Source: Macrostomum hystrix
Taxonomy: Eukaryota > Animalia > Platyhelminthes
Direction: 5' to 3'
Assembly: GCA_950097015.1 (NCBI GenBank)
Contig: CATNEN010000001.1
Coordinates: forward strand, 25,420,001-25,484,000
DNA length: 64,000 nucleotides
Part shown: piece by piece, positions 62,171 through 64,000 of the stretch
How the letters are laid out: every line of letters starts with the position of its first letter
How positions within the stretch are numbered: position 1 is the stretch's first letter
Program-made: the position numbers and the translations under genes
The notes under the pieces: generated by a model
Databases searched by the model: none
What the model was told of the DNA's origin: nothing
The model's input: only the letters and a program-made list of their open reading frames with translations

Positions 62171-62625
62171 GTCTATTGTCTACAGTTTGATGTCTGTTGT
62201 CTAAGGATTGGTGTCTATTGTCTACAGTTTGATGTCTGTTGTCTAAGGATTGGTGTCTATTGTCTACAGTTTGATGTCTGTTGTCTAAGGATTGGTGTCT
62301 ATTGTCTACAGTTTGATGTCTGTTGTCTAAGGATTGGTGTCTATTGTCTACAGTTTGATGTCTGTTGTCTAAGGATTGGTGTCTATTGTCTACAGTTTGA
62401 TGTCTGTTGTCTAAGGATTGGTGTCTATTGTCTACAGTTTGATGTCTGTTGTCTAAGGATTGGTGTCTATTGTCTACAGATTCCTGTCTATTGTCTACAG
62501 ATTCCTGTCTGTTGTCTACAGATTGCTGTCTGTTGTCTAAAGATTGGTGTCTATTGTCTAAGGATTGGTGTCTATTGTCTACAGATTGGTGTCTATTGTC
62601 TAAGGATTGGTGTCTATTGTCTACA
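62171..62625. repeat. 21-bp minisatellite with a 42-bp dimeric higher-order unit, copy B
   Basis: GTCTATTGTCTACAGTTTGAT alternates with GTCTGTTGTCTAAGGATTGGT. Confidence 0.95.
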
Positions 62626-63039
62626 AAATACAGTTTATTATTTGTTGATGTCTATTATCTATCGGTAGATATTTATTGTCTATTGTGTCTTATCTGTCAT
62701 CTAATTAATATATTGGCTGTGTATGTATAATATATATAGATTATCTACTTGTTTTTACAATTAACACCTATTTTACTCTTGTAACTTAGTAGCCGAGTTG
62801 CAGACTGTGTTCCAGCTGCTGCTCAAACCTCATCTGTTAGACGCCTGAACTATACCTGATACGTGAGATATACCTGATACGTGAGATATACCTGATAACT
62901 GAGATATACCTGATAACTGAGATATACCTGATAACTGAGATATACCTGATACCTGAAATACCAGTGAACTGACACGCCATTGCCACGTTTTCCATTCACA
63001 CAAAATACGCCTTGCCTTGCTCTCCCTTTCATTTTTGTG

Positions 63040-63942
63040 GGACTGCAGTGGGGATTGTGATGTGGGATTACAGTTTGGTATTGGGATGTGCGATTACAGT
63101 GTGGTATAGGGATGTGGGATTACAGTGTGGTATTGGAATGTGGGATTACAGTGTGGTATTGGGATGTGGGATTACAGTGAGGTATTGGGATGTGGGATTA
63201 CAGTTTGGTATTGGGATGTGCGATTACAGTGTGGTATTGGGATGTGGGATTGCAGTGTGGTATTGGGATGTGGGATTACAGTGTGGTATTGGGATGTGGG
63301 ATTACAGTGAGGTATTGGGATGTGGGATTACAGTGTGGTATAGGGATGTGGGATTGCAGTGTGGTATTGGGATGTGGGATTACAGTGTGGTATTGGGATG
63401 TGGGATTACAGTGTGGTATTGGGATGTGGGATTACAGTGTGGTATTGGGATGTGGGATTACAGTGTGGTATTGGGATGTGGGATTACAGTGTGGTATTGG
63501 GATGTGGGATTACAGTGAGTTATTGGGATGTGGGATTGTAGTGTGGTATTGGGATGTGGGATTGCAGTGTGGTATTGGGATGTGGGATTGCAGTGAGTTA
63601 TTGGGATGTGGGATTACAGTGAGGTATTGGGATGTGGGATTACAGTGTGGTATTGGGATGTGGGATTGCAGTGTGGTATTGGGATGTGGGATTACAGTGT
63701 GGTATTGGGATGTGGGATTACAGTGTGGGATTGTGATGTGGGATTACAGTGTGGTATTGGGATGTGGGATTACAGTGTGGTATTGGGATGTGGGATTGCA
63801 GTGAGTTATTGGGATGTGGGATTACAGTGTGGTATTGGGATGTGGGATTGCAGTGTGGCATTGGGTTGTGGGATTGGGATACGGGATTGTAGTGTGGCTT
63901 TGGGATATGGGATAGCAGTGTAGGATTGGGATGTGGGATTGT
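63040..63942. repeat. 26-bp minisatellite, copy B
   Basis: Same unit as 35243-35665, in a longer array. Confidence 0.95.
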
Positions 63943-64000
63943 CATATTTATGTCATATTTTTTTCCAATACTTCTTTGCAAGCTCATCATACTCTGTTAC

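Larger units (their letters stand above)
41844..64000 (+). repeat. Segmental duplication, copy B of ~9867-37013
   Basis: Identity begins abruptly at AGAGCTGTCTCACC (41844 = 9867). The zinc-finger gene, ANK exons, introns and satellites are collinear and near-identical. Confidence 0.95.

Overview
This is eukaryotic (metazoan) genomic DNA, not prokaryotic: it has GT-AG introns, GC-rich exons, AT-rich introns and more than 20 unrelated minisatellite arrays. The style suggests a free-living flatworm such as Macrostomum, which is an unverified inference. Most of the window is a ~32-kb direct segmental duplication (copy A ~9867-37013, copy B 41844 to beyond 64000). Each copy carries (i) a FOG/U-shaped (ZFPM)-like zinc-finger gene and (ii) a spliced gene joining two ankyrin-repeat cassettes to a caspase with intact catalytic motifs. 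The FOG-like gene in copy A has a PR domain and a dense GATA-site cluster upstream of its first visible exon; copy B is 5'-truncated and frameshifted. The two ankyrin-caspase paralogs have near-identical introns, but differ sharply at the predicted ankyrin binding surface and carry clearly different caspase modules. That pattern fits a diversifying sensor-effector (immune or cell-death) receptor. Copy-specific insertions are a Ty3/Gypsy element with an intact ORF and a tRNA-derived SINE (both copy A), and a CMC/EnSpm-type DNA transposon (copy B). Most long ORFs in the track are translations of tandem repeats. All exon structures are manual predictions.
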